Origin: Gnetum montanum
Taxonomy: Eukaryota > Plantae > Gnetophyta
Length of the DNA: 64,000 nucleotides
Direction: 5' to 3'
NCBI GenBank assembly: GCA_015680685.1
Contig: MNCI01001083.1
Span: 239,989-303,988, forward strand
The translations under genes and the position numbers were made by a program. The notes below the pieces were generated by a model that was given only the letters and a program-made list of their open reading frames with translations, was not told the origin of the DNA and searched no databases. Positions 28,302 through 41,899 of this stretch are shown one piece after another. The stretch's first letter is position 1; the number at the start of each line of letters is the position of its first letter.

Positions 28302-29819
28302 TGAAACACCATAAAAATTTGCATGTTATAGAAATTTTTCATCATGTAGCTTTCACCCCTTCAAACCCAAGGTAAACTTCATTGTAAATGTGAAGATTGT
28401 AACCCATAATAGGCAATTTCACATACTTTATACTTTTGAAGTTAAAAAATGCCTCATAATTGGTCAAAGCCTTATTCCCCAAGTTAAAAAAATCACCTAG
28501 TGTATATATTTGGGCTTGGGTGTCAAAAATGCCTTTCTGAATGTCAAAAATAGTAATTTAATGGGTTTTATAAGGGGTATACATCTTTCTACTCTAGAAA
28601 CACTTACAAGGGATAGATCTCACCTACCCCTAGCATGGAGAGGTGGGGGATATCCCCCCCCCCACCCCAAGCGTGGAGACTATATGCTCAGCTTAAAAAC
28701 CTTTCCCCCTCTATTTGGAAGTTTCCCTTAGCATGGAGGCTCCACCTCTAGCATGAAAATTGCATCCCCCTAGTGTGGAAGTCATAATAGTCAAATGTTA
28801 AGACATCATGCACTCCAACATTGACCAGCCACTTCAATAAGCATGGTGGAGAGCACAGTTTGGAAGATTCATCTCTAGTGTAGAAGGTGTGCCTTCATTA
28901 CTTTTTATAGTAAATAGAATGGCCATGGCAGGAAAGCACTTACTATATATGGTAACCATCCAAATATGGACACCCTTCTTACTTGAACAAGGCAGAAATT
29001 TGCATCAATTTGGCAGCCAATTTGTAGCCATTGTGCAACCAAATTCCAACCAAATCATAGCCATTTTGTAGCACCATTCATGGTCCAAAACCCCTATATA
29101 AACTAGCCTTGAACACCATTGATAGTTTTTAATTTTTTGGCACTTGAATACTTTGAGCACACATAAATTTTCCAAGAAATAATTCCACACTTGGGAAAAA
29201 TTGAAGCACTCAAGAGCTCTTGTAGTCTTTCACATTTACATTCTATTCAACCCTAGTGTGGAAGCATTATCATCCTAAGATTTATGTATTTTTAACATTA
29301 ACACTATAGTCGTAGGATTCCCAAACCCCAGTGTGGAGAAATCTAGCATCAAAATTTTTTACTTTTCTCACCCTCCCCTAGTAGTGACCAACTTTACAAA
29401 TCTAAAGTGGTAGCATAGGAGGTTCAATAACATCGAGAATGGTAGGACATCTAGATCATGAAGTTGACTACATTGACTTCAACAAACTGTAAACCCTCCT
29501 ACTACCCATTCAAGTACCATTTGTACAAATTTCTCTACTTATTCTTTATTTTTCTTAATAATGTTTTAAGTTTTGGGTTTTATGTGTAAAATATATTTGT
29601 TTGTTTTCTGTGCAATACTCATATTTGTTATCAATTTTTGCATTCCACTTCATTACACTATTTTGCAAATCCTCCAAGTCCCTAGTTAATCTACTAGACT
29701 AGCCAAGGTACCTCAAATCCCACATTTCCACGGAGGCCCTAGGAATCTAAGGTTGATAACTATTGTGCACTGGATTTGTTATTTTTTATTCCAATGATTG
29801 ATTTTTTTTGCTTGTAATA
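28302..29819 (+). repeat. Element C 5' LTR (TATA-like TATATAAA at 29095-29102)
   Basis: Direct repeat of 57477-59029. Confidence 0.92.
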
Positions 29820-29826
29820 GTTTTCT

Positions 29827-29843
29827 TGGCTCTAGAAAGAGGG
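29827..29843 (+). promoter_or_regulatory. Element C PBS (tRNA-Asn type, degenerate)
   Basis: TGGCTCTAGAAAGAGGG versus TGGCGCTAGAAGGAGGG. Confidence 0.75.
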
Positions 29844-31095
29844 ACTCCACCCAATTTCTATGGCAAAATCTATTTGCCATATTATCAACATTATCTCCTA
29901 GTAGTACATTTGCATTTTTGCAGCCAAGACATTCAAAATCCAACATTGTCCTTAAACCTCTTATAGCAGAAGCCCTAGCATGGATGTTGCAAGTGGTTTG
30001 GGTGCTAAAATTTTACAATATCTACTATGAATTTTTAGAGAAAAACAAGCATAGAAGCCTTAACAACCATTTAATTTTTAATGCCACATTTTTTACTACA
30101 AAACCAACATTGGTTTCCACACCAACTAAACCTACTTTTCTCTCCTTTTGTGGTAAAAGATGATAACTTGTCAAAACAATTTTTTGCAAACTGCCAGGCT
30201 TCCATTTTGGCCTTCAAACTTTTTCCCCTCTCCCTAATGTTGAAATAGAAGGTGTGAGATTCTCATTATCTCATCCCCATTTTTTCTCCTTCATACCATA
30301 CCTAGCATGAAAGCAATTGGGAGGCCAACGTGGAAGAGGCTTAACACAAACATCCCCAAAGCCAAAATTACAAGTTAAAAGCCTTTTCCCATATTTTTGC
30401 AGCCAAAACACCCAAAAGATCAATGCTGCCCCTTCCCCCTTATGACCAAAACTACAATGTGAAATTTGTAGGTGGTTGGGTGGTGGCTTTTCATAGTAAT
30501 TATTATGAATTTTTCAGCCCCAAAGCCATTGCTGAAACCTTTTTCTTTTTTCATTTTATTTTCAATTTCAATCTTTTTCAGCTTCTAATTTTGTGGTGTA
30601 GCCCTTCTAGAAACTACTAAACTTCTAGAAGTTAGCTTCCCCTCATTTTTCATAGCTGAGAAAATTGGCAACCTACCAAGACTTTTTTTTCTAGAAGAAA
30701 CACTAACTTTCCACTTTGATCTTCAGCCTTCCCCTCATCAATGTTGAGTTTGAAAGTGTGAGATTCCCATCATCTCATCCATTTTCTTTTCCCACTCTGA
30801 TACCCAGTGTAGATGTAGTTGGGATGCCAACTTGGGTGAGGCTTAACAGCAACATTTCTACTTTTCCATTTTTGTTAAAGGATTAAGCTTCCCGTACCCA
30901 TCCCTCCTTCCCCACTTACTAATTATAGTAAGTATTTCATTATTAGTCATTTTCATTTCCTTTAAAAGTTCTAGAATCCCATTTGCTAGAATTTACTTCT
31001 ATTTTCTCATCTATAGCCTATTTTAAGCTATTCTCAATACTATAGCCATGTCTTTCCAACAATCCACCAAATTAGCTCTCACCCTCCAACAAGCC

Positions 31096-34000
31096 ATGAG
31101 GGTCTACAACCCCAAAGGCCCTACCATCATTGAATGTAAGTAATCTTTATCGATCAGATGGGAGAGTCCTAACTTTACCTTCATAACTAAAGATCATTAT
31201 CACTACATTTGTGACAAAATGTAGACTAGCCTCATGATTCCACATGTGGAAGCAAAGGAAAAAAAAGAAATTTGAGCTCATACATCAGGATGGGAAAAAG
31301 TATGTCCCTTCCCTATATGACCAAATGCCTCTAACTAATGTCTATGCTAGCATCCTAGCTTAATTGATTACTATGGAATAAGAAGATAATAAGCATAGCT
31401 CAAAAGAAAAATATGAGAATGATGAATTTATGATGGAATCTAAGCCCAAAAACATCCTAGGAGGATTGTTCCAAAAAATGTCTCCCAAGGCCATAGTGCC
31501 TTCTTCTAATACTTTCGTTTTTTCCAAGGGCATAGTGCCACCATCTTCCACTCTTTCTTACACTACCTTGGCTAGTCCCACACTAATCATAGCCACACAT
31601 CAAACTCAATCAATGATGCAAACAACAAACTATAACACATCAATGTCAGTTTCTACATAGCCTTGATCTATGCAACCATTGATGGTGGTTTTTACCACCA
31701 CAAATCCATTAACTACCCATGCAAGGTCCACCATGAAACTCCAAGTAACTCAGGAAACACACACTCCCTTTGTCCCATTTGTGCCTCAAGTACCAGCAAA
31801 AACATCCTTTTCCTTGTTTGGTCCACAAGGTACAACCATGACACAACTTCTTTCTTCCATCCTACAACTCATAGCAAGGCCAATAGCCTCACAATAGATG
31901 CCATAGCCCTACGTGTAAATCCCACAACCAACAAGGCCAACATAGGACCTGAATCAAGCCTTCATTCAAGACTTGAAAGAGAAGTTGAAAAGGCTTAAAG
32001 CCTCTACATCATAGAATATCAATATTATGGACTTCTACTAGGATGATTCCATAAGTCTTGTAGTCCCACCCTTGACACTTCCTCCTAGTGTCCCTATTCC
32101 CTAGTTTAGCAAATACAATGGAGAGGGTGATTCCACTGCTTACCTTATTACCTTATGATCTAAATTCTTACTATGAAAACCATTACCTCATAACATCATG
32201 AGGATTTTTCCTATGTCCTTTACTAGGAAAGAACTTTATTGGTACTACACATTACCTAGGGGATCCATATCCCTTTTGGAGGACTTGATTATCCAATTTG
32301 TCAACTGCTTCAAGTATAACTTAAAGCCTGACATAATGCTTGAACAACTCATGAAGGTCAAGCAAGGATCCCTATAACTCATGTAGAAATTCATTCAATA
32401 GTGGAATGAACTATTGAATGAAATTCTAGAATCCATTGCTAAGGCCCACATGTTGGCCATATTTAAGGAAGCAATTAATGACTTCATCAAGTCCAAGCTC
32501 TACTACCTTGACCTATGGTCCCTTAGCAAGACATTTTCTTAAATTAAATATATAGAGGATGTTGTGGAGGCCAATCATGATCCAACCTACATAGCATATA
32601 AAAATCAACATACATAGAAAGACAAAGAAACGATCAAACAAAATAACATGTTCATAGAAACTATGACCAAAGAAACAAAGATCACAAACTAAAGGCCAAG
32701 GGCCAACCCACCTAAGGCCCCCACTAATGACTACAATAACCAACCATCAACCTCTAGGGTCACTACATCAATAACAACTAGACTTGATTTCAAAAGAAAG
32801 GATAGGTATAAGTACATTACCTTACCTCTAAATCCATCTAAGTGATTAGATTTGAAAAGTTGGCATATTCAATACAAATAGATGTTTGAAGCTTCTTGAA
32901 AGAAGCATGATAGACTCTATGAAATAGCCAAATATCCCACTAGAGTAATGTAAGATGACCCCCAACTGCCTAGGTACTTCAAACTAGACCATTTATGCCA
33001 TTATCACCAATTGCCTGGTCATGATATAGACTTTTGCTGTACATTAAGGGATTACCTGCAGAGGATGATGGATAAGGGGAAGTTGGTCTTTGATGCTTCC
33101 AACCTAGCTTGGTCATAAATTAGTAGATTAAGGTCTACAAAATCCCATTGAATGCTAATGACAATCCTTACATTATTTTAGCATTTAATATTGATGATGA
33201 TCAAATACCTACAACAGAACCATTTGTGATTCAAGTATCCCTCTAAGATGAAGGGGCTTATTCAACTTTCCAAAGCTCGAGATCCCTCTTTGTCATAAGA
33301 GTACCATCACAAGTACCTCTAAATAAACCTTTTATCATTAGGGTATCCTAGCTTAACACAACTCAACCAGTCATAGTTCAACCAACAACACAACAACCTC
33401 CTATGATGGCTAATGTTATTGCCTCTTCCTCACAACCAATGGCTAATAACCAAAATACTTTAGCTAAACAAAGGAAGAAGCATAAGTAAAATCCTGACAA
33501 CAAGGGTGACAAGTAAATGGAGGCACAAAAGGAAGTGGACCCATTGAAGTCCACTTCCATTTCAGCTATGCCAATGACCTCCTTTTTCGAACCTGCTACA
33601 ACCAACAAGCCATAGGAAGATACCAAAGCCCATAATTAGAATAACAAGGAGAAGACACAAAAATCACAACTTAAAGCTAAAGTTCACATTTTGGGGGACA
33701 TGAAGAAAGTAAAGCACAACCTAGACAACAAGCCAATGGCCAATGATAAAAACTTCCACAATGTAATGGAACAAGTCAAGCAATCCCTCAAGCAAAAGAA
33801 TATAACCTTAAGCTTGTACAACCTAATCATGACTTCTACCACACATTGTGAGGCTCTAGTCAAAATGTTGACTTCCATTCCTATTAGTGAGGACATCCTT
33901 GCTAATGAGAAATCCATCCATGTAATGATGGTTCTCCCTCACTAAGGGAAGAGAAGTCAACATCCTTAACAATTCATAATAGTGAAATTAAGGTTAATCC

Positions 34001-34539
34001 TCAAAATGGGTAGGCAACTACAATCATATGGATAGGATAGTTTAAAATACATCAGACGCATGTTGATGATGGAGCTATAATCAACACCATGATTTGTACC
34101 ATTGTTGAATGCTTGGGCCTAACTGAGCAAATACAACATACAACCATCACAACTCTTAAGTCCTTTAATGGATCAAGGGTTTCTATTAAGGGGTTTATCT
34201 CCTTAGATTTTGTGGTAGGGGATAAATTCCCCCACAACTACTAATTTCTTGATTATGGAAGAGACACTAGGGTTCAACCTTATCTTGGGAAGGCCTTGGT
34301 TGGCTCAATTACAAGCTGTGTCCTCATCCATTCATCAAGAAATTCATCTTTCTTATGAGGGAAGGGAAATCATTATTCATGGTGATAATGTGGTTTCCAT
34401 GGCTATCAACAACATAAAAATAGAGTAGGGGTCTAAAGTGAAGCCTCAAAAGGAAGCTCCCAGCCATGAAATTCAAGAGCCCAAAATAGACCAACAACCC
34501 AACAATGATAATGATAAGCAATAGGATGCATTATTGGAT
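31096..34539 (+). pseudogene. gag: Element C gag-protease remnant (C-terminal tail continues at 43933-44043)
   Basis: MRVYNPK start; FSKYNGEGD..WYYTLPRGSI gag core; CHYHQLPGHDIDFC knuckle at ~32997; HVDDGA at ~34059; FNLILGRPWL at ~34274. Confidence 0.88.
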
Positions 34540-36577
34540 TGTTGGTACCAACACTCCCATGCTAGCATGGGGCCTTGATTAAATAAGTTCTAATACTTTA
34601 ATAGTTAAAAATTCTATTGTTTTAGCTCATTATCTTGTAATCAAACTAGTTGCAAGTTTGAGTCACAATTTAGAAATGACTGTATTCCTCAATAATTATC
34701 ATGTTGGTCATACATCATAAAGTACATATACAATCATTCTTTGGTTTGAAAATCACATCTAGGTAGGAAACATGATAATTTAGAGAATTTAAAGAACTTA
34801 TAGAAGAGTTTAATGATAACTTAAGAGTAACTTTATGTGCCAACCTTTACCTAACAAGCCAATGAGATTATCACTTATGCAACCTATCATTATCCCTTGT
34901 TAATAAAAAATAAATGGAAATACAAGAAGAAGCAAAGGAGTTAGTGTATGAAGTAATTAAAATTTGGTATTCTCAAATACCAACTATGGTACTATCTCTC
35001 TATAGACAATTATTGATTATTTAGCTTCTAGGGAGTTTCTTGGTTTGTTACTGTTATTACCCATTTAAAGTGGTCATCCCTGCCATCTTTCCTTTGCAAT
35101 TTTTTCTATTTTTCCCACCTTTCACATAGATGCAAACATTATCTATCATAGAAATGAGATTTTAGCTACAATTTCTATTTTCCTACACAATTTAAAATCA
35201 CACGATCCATTTATGGTTAATCTACAAATGATACACAAAAAATCGACATTGCATGAAATCTACGCCTTTCCTTGTCCATATTCACCTTGAATGGAGGCAT
35301 GATTTATTAGTTTTGGCATGGCAAAGAGGCCAATAATTGTAACAAAAAAATTGTAGGGAATCTTTTAAAGCCTTCTCTATGATTCCAATGAAAATGGTAG
35401 TGACACAAGCGATTGTGAGGTGACTTCTCATATGCAGCATGGTGGGCGAAGGATACTTCTACCAAATAGTGTTAATGTAGATCGCTACAAGATAGGTTCC
35501 AATGAAAATATAACATGAGATTATGTTGAAATTTTTATTCTCCCATGGAAATAGAAGTTTCTATTTTCAATAGAATTATCTTCCACTATGATGTGTTTTT
35601 GCAATAGCACATTTCTCCTATGCCAGGTTTGTATAGTCATGCATTGAGTAGAAACTAGGGCATGGTTCCCTATCATTTTTATGGCTACACATTCCTATAG
35701 CCATTACCTATGCATGGGTGGTGAAAGTTATGCATTTCTTTGCCACATGATTGGTGGTTTCTAATATCATTTCTACACATGATCAATGGGTGTTATAATG
35801 GACATTATGCACAAGTGGTGGCAATGGATGTTACACATGGGTAGTAATTGCCATGGTCATTACACATGTGTGATGGCTTCTCATGTGCCAGACCAATCCT
35901 TATAAGTTCCCTAACAAGGAAAGAGGATAGGAAGGAGAAATCTAGCTACGATGGTGGGGTTTTCTCCAAGTGGAGTCACAATGGAAAATCCCAAGGTTCT
36001 TTCTTACTTTTGATGCCTATTCAATGGCTCTCCTGGAGGCAATTCAAGGCAAAGTAGTGGGTATATTCAATAGTCTAACGTTGCAGGCTCATTAGAAGAG
36101 GTATGCTTCTTACAAGAACTGGTAGGCAAGGCTGCACTAGAATTCATTCCATCTATGCTCATTTTGAGCTAAATCATCATTTCATTCTATTATTTTATAT
36201 TTCTATAACTAAATTGTCGTCTCTGTGATATGGATTAAACATAGAACCTATTTTAATTCAAGAATTAGATTAATCCTATCCAAGACATTAGCTATTTCTT
36301 GCTTTAATTTCATGTTTTATTGATACATAAGTTTTATTGTTGAAAATTTAAAAAGAAAATGGTTTTATTTCTATTAAAATTATCTAGGACTGCCTTTTAT
36401 ATTTTCTTGTTAAAATTGTTTAACTTACTAGCATCTTTATACGTCAAGAAACATCACATTGCCCTACTAGCTAAGACTATTCCCAAGTTCTGATATCAAT
36501 ACAGAAGGCATCCTAGGCAATAGTCTCCCTAAATGAGTTTTTTACATGTTAACATGTCCAAAATTTACACAGCACCA
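34540..36577 (+). repeat. Element D 5' LTR
   Basis: Direct repeat of 41900-43927 with TG...CA ends. Confidence 0.93.
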
Positions 36578-36580
36578 TTT

Positions 36581-36597
36581 TGGTGCTAGAAGGATGG
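36581..36597 (+). promoter_or_regulatory. Element D PBS (tRNA-Asn type)
   Basis: TGGTGCTAGAAGGATGG, 3 nt after the LTR. Confidence 0.8.
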
Positions 36598-37430
36598 CCT
36601 ATTTTATTTCATTTTCCTTATTCTATTTCATTTCTTATTCCTATTTTAGTTTTGAAACTTGTTTCTATTGACTTTTGTTTTTGCTAAAAATCTCTATTTT
36701 TTAGTCTTTGGAAATTTTTGTTGTCAATTCCATCTCCTGGAATAGCCACTTTCAACCCTTATTTTGAAAATTTCTATTTCCATGCACTATTATTTTCTAT
36801 TTTTGTTTTAAAACTATTATTTCCCTAAAAATTTATTTTCCTTATCCTGTTGCTTTTCCTACACTCCCTATTGAAAATCTTTGTTCCTTAGATTTTTGAA
36901 GCCCCTATTCTTAAAAAAAAAAAAAATCTTTCTGTTTTATTTTCTAATAATTTTTGAGCCCCTTATTTTTTTGATTTCAGAAAATTTTGTTTCCTTTTAT
37001 CCAAGTTCCATCACCCATTTCTAATCTTATTTTCAAATTTATCCTTTCAACCCTTATTTCCTAGTCCCATTTTCAAATTTATACTCTAGTGATCCTTACA
37101 TCAACTCTAACTTTTGTTAGGTGATTTACATCATTCTACCTTTAATTTACTTTTTTGAAATTCCAAATTTTCTATTTTATTACCAATTTCAATTTTCCTT
37201 TTAAAAATAAAAAATATAGTATTTAAATATTTTTTATCTTATTTAATTTTATAGTTTTATAGCATTTAGATTTCAAAGTCTTTCATTTTATGAGTGAGAT
37301 CTCCCATAGAACAACTCAACAAAAAGATTTTATTCCTGCCCCTAATCAACTAGCTACCTATTACTTTACTTTAAGAAAATAATGAGCTTTGTGATTTGCA
37401 AGTTCTATCCCTAGAAGAATTTAAACTAGG

Positions 37431-38796
37431 ATGGTAGCCAATCAATGCCTAGCTCCCTTGGTGAGCAACCCCTTTAACTTCACAAATTATCATAATATTG
37501 TAAAATCACTTCAAAACATAAATTTGTTCTTTGATGCCACAACCCCTACTAGTGATGCCCATCAACATATACAATGTGTTGAAACCTTACTAGGCATCCA
37601 TAACATTATCCAAAATGACATAGCATGTAGGGCCTTTGTAACAATTTTTAGGAGCAAAGCCACCCAATGGTTTTTGAAGCTCCCTAATGCCTCTATCAAC
37701 TCATGGCAAGACTCTAAAAATAAGTTCCTACTCCAATTCAATAAGTTGACTAGTCCTGCCTTGGCATCAAGCAATTTCACAAGCCTAAGAAAACTACCTA
37801 TGGAAAATGTTCATGATTACAATCTAAGATTCCTCTATCAACTTGTTTATGTGCTGAATGAGATGCATCCACAACCTAATGGTATCCTCAATTTATACCT
37901 CTCTACCATTGCTTCATTTTTCACCTATGTCATTCAATTTGATCCCAACATAATGGAAATACAAGGAGCAATGGATAAATCTATTGAGTTAGAACAATTT
38001 ACCCTCATGAATAGCATTCAAACCCAATTTGGAGTAATATATATTAGTAACCCTATGGAATCTAGTCCTCTACATTTACCAACTTTTCCAATGACTAATA
38101 CTATCTTTCAAACTCCTCCTCCCCTTCAAATGACTCACCCTACAAGTAATTATTTTTAAGGATCAACATCCTCTTCATTTTTACCACCAAACACCAATTT
38201 AAGTGATGATCAATCAAAAGCTTTAATCCAATCCATTATAAACCCAAAGGGAATATCTAATCCCAATGAATTTACTACTCAAACAAAAAAATCAAATGAT
38301 CCAAATATTAACTTCACTTCAAAAGCTTTTCAATGAAGTAGTTGAACCAAAGAGAAATAATGATAAAGGCCTTATACAATCTGAAAAATTAAGCACATCA
38401 ATCAGTGATGATTATTGTTACCTTCATAACAATAGGCAACATTATGAGAAAACTTGTTCTCAATTTTTAGCACTATACGGTGAAAATGTCTAAAATCAAC
38501 AAAATGGAAAAGACCCTATTATGGTCCTTAACATACCTCATGAAATAGAAAATGAAGAAGTTCCCTCATTACAACAAGTCATGGTAAGTGATCCCAACCC
38601 ACATAACACTCACTACCATAGACTTAGTGACATTATGAATACCATGCAACAAAAAACTAGGAATAATCCTTATACCCCTTCTAATAGAAGAGCTCCTAGT
38701 CAAAATAAAACAAATAATCAAACTGGACCATACCAAGCAAACACCCCACAACAAAAAAACTCCCCTTCTATACCTAGAAAAACTACACTTAAATGA
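37431..38796 (+). pseudogene. gag: Element D gag remnant
   Basis: ORF 37431-38159 (ACRAFVTIFRSKATQWFLKLPNASINSWQDSKNKFLLQF, retrotransposon gag) and knuckle YCYLHNNRQHYEKTC in ORF 38266-38493. Confidence 0.88.
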
Positions 38797-38838
38797 GAAG
38801 CCAAAGATGAACATAAGACTTATGATCTAGTTGAGGAT

Positions 38839-39462
38839 TTGAAAAAAGTTAAAGATAACATTTCAATATATGATCTACTACATTTTACTGAAATAAAATA
38901 TGTGATTCAAAAGATAGTTCATACACCTAAAACCAATAAAGAAAAATCTCCAACCAAAAGGAAAGCTCATTTTACAGAAAGTACTAATGATGTATCAATT
39001 CAAAGCCCAAGCAATTTTATGCCTACTAAGAAAGATCAACCACCTTTCTTAATAACTTTTGTCATTTTGGGAAAGAATGTTCATAATTTTTTAATAGATT
39101 CTAGGGCAACTGTTTGTGTCATGCCACTTGAGGTATGTAAAACATTAGGAGCACAAATTCTACCACAAGCAAGGAGTGTGATGCAACTTGGTGAACCTAA
39201 TGTACCTATGGTTGGATCATTAAAGGGAGTAAAAGTACAACTTAAACAATACCCTACTTTTACATACTATACAAATATTTTAGTAGTTGATATGTCACCC
39301 ATTTATGATGTGCTTTTATCTAGGACTTTTGGAGCCAAGTTTGGAGGCTTCTTTAGGTTATATTTATCAGAAGTATTAATTCATATTAAAGGAAAATCCA
39401 GATATATGGACATACAAAGAGATCCTTTCTATAAACAAGTGTTAACAACTTTTGATCAATAA
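38839..39462 (+). pseudogene. Element D aspartic protease
   Basis: PPFLITF..HNFLIDSRATVCVMP (DSG changed to DSR) ..YDVLLSRTF. Confidence 0.88.
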
Positions 39463-39699
39463 AATCAATCTTTGGAAAACCAAAACACTAATCTTTATAT
39501 TGGAATTATTGAAGTTGGGCTTGGCAAACATGTTATAAAGGATCATAAGAGTGAAATATCATAAATAAATCATTTTGCTTTTAGAGAATGTAAAAAAATT
39601 TATGAATATGGTTTGCCTTATTATCAACATGATGGAAAAACATTTATTTTGGGTCATCCACCACCATTAGAAAAGGACAAAGATATAAATGAGGTTCTA

Positions 39700-40520
39700 A
39701 CCATTAAAAAATTAGAAGGTGTACCAAATTTTGATGACATATTCATTGAACATATTCCTAGAGAAGAGAATTATGTTCCTAATTCATTAGCTCAAATGGC
39801 CACTACTTTAGATGTTCCTTTTAGATACAATGCTTGGGATTTTGAAAGAATTATTAAAAAGGTTAACTCCTATTCTATTCTAGATAATATCTTTTCTTTC
39901 CAAGTTTTCATGATGATGATCATATTCATGAATTTTTATTTTCCAAAGGTAAATTTAGTGATTAATGTTTTAAAGTTTCTCAAATTAATAAAGAATCTAT
40001 GTTAAAGGATGTCACATTTTTCAAATAAAATCTCTCCTAAAATGGCACCTAGAAAAGCTTTATTTGATAACTTACATACCAAAACCAAACCATTTAGACA
40101 AAAACTTAGACCTATTGATCCCAAGATTGAAACTTTGATGAAAGAAGAAATTGATAAACTTTTAGAATCTAAAATTATTTATCCTATGAAACATTCAAAT
40201 TGGACATCAAATTTAGTACCTATTAGAGAATAAACAAGTGAATTACAATTATGTATTGATTTTTGTAATCTCAATCATCAACAAATTATTAAAAGATAAT
40301 TTACAAGAAATATATAGGTAAATTCTTTAAAGTAGGAAATTTGGTCCTAAAAAGAGATAGAGCATTTGATAAAACAAGTCAAGGTAAGTTTTCTCGTATG
40401 TGGTTAGGCCGATACCAAGTTATAGATGTCACTGGCCACAATGTTTACAAAATTGTTGATTTGCAAGGATAAAAATTAAATAGAAATTTTAATGTATTTC
40501 TTCTCAAGTATCCCACATGG
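39700..40520 (+). pseudogene. pol: Element D collapsed pol: aRH C-terminus, RT N-terminus, integrase C-terminus
   Basis: FDDIFIEHIPREENYVPNSLA, then KPFRQKLR..EEIDKLL..SNWTSNLVP..LCIDF, then KVGNLVL..GKFSRMWLGRYQV..YKIVDLQG. Confidence 0.82.
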
Positions 40521-41899
40521 ACACCTAGTAGATCCCTAGTTTCATGCTTTCTTTCCTTTTTCATGCATTTCATTTGTATATAGTTTCATTTGCATATTAT
40601 CTTTATATTTCTATCATATCTTTCTTAACTTATTGGTTTTGCTTTTATTTGTGCTTTTCATATGATTTTAGTAATCATTATGGTCATTTGAGTTACTAAG
40701 CATTGGATCATCATAACAACATTTGAAAATGATGCAAGTATAATGTTTTATATGTTATATCATATTACTATTATATAAAATCTTCTTATATGATATACTT
40801 TAATTGATTCTTCCTAATCATTTTCAAGGTAGAAATTTTATCAGTTATGCTAGATTATGTAGGATGGGATTTATCCTAACTTATCATATTCATGTGAATG
40901 TAGGATATGTAAGTTTGGAGAATGGTTAGCCACAATCACTAGGTGACCCTAGAAAATTCCATTTTTCCTTTCATAAGCCCTAGCCCTCAAGTGTGATGAT
41001 CCATGGCTATCCTATTAGTAATAGGTTGAAGTGTGTTCCTCTCCACTTGAGAATCCTTGGCCACCATGGAGACTTACTATGATGCCATCTAGATTATAAT
41101 CAAGGGCACATATAGGAGGGTTAAACTTCACCATGGGCAAAGTTCTGAAAGGACTATGTTCTTTGGCAGTGCAACTAATCGACTAGACTCATGTTGGAAT
41201 TTCTAACTTAAGAATGAAATACACCATGAGCAAAGTTTTCTAAAAAGAAAACAAGACAAAAGCAAAGGAATGAGGACCATGTTCATTGACAATGTAATAA
41301 GTTATTAAGTGTGATTGGGTCTAACAACAATCCTTATCCTAGACTCCATTCCTCTTTTAAACCTATTTCCCCTAAAGTCAAAAAAGAGAAAACCAAATAT
41401 TTCCTTCTCGTTTCCTAATTTTCCTCATATTTCCTTATTCCTTTTTATCCATTCCCTTTGTAAAATTCCAAAAACAAAAAAAACAAAAAAAAATTCCAAG
41501 GAAAAATCCAAAAGTTGTAGCTAGCTATTATCTAAGATAAGCATGTCCTCTTCATTAAGTTTGGTATGAATCTTGTGCTCAAAGTGATCATCATGCTAAT
41601 TTCTTTTATTCATGAGATGATTGGGAATGAGGTCTTATTATTTAGTTAAAATTATGATTTACAAAGAGTATATGTTTAGATCTTGATTAAATAAGATGGT
41701 GTGTTGGGTGGCTCATGTTTAGTACTCCCTTGATTATATGATTATTTTAATCATGTTTAAAATGGTATTGTTTGCTTTCAAATTTTAATTTGTTAGTGTT
41801 TTGGGACCTTTTGATTCCTTGTCTTTTCCATCCCCTTTTAAAATTTCTATGGTTTTGCTATTCTTACACTTGCATGCCATTTCAAGTTTGGGGGCTAAG

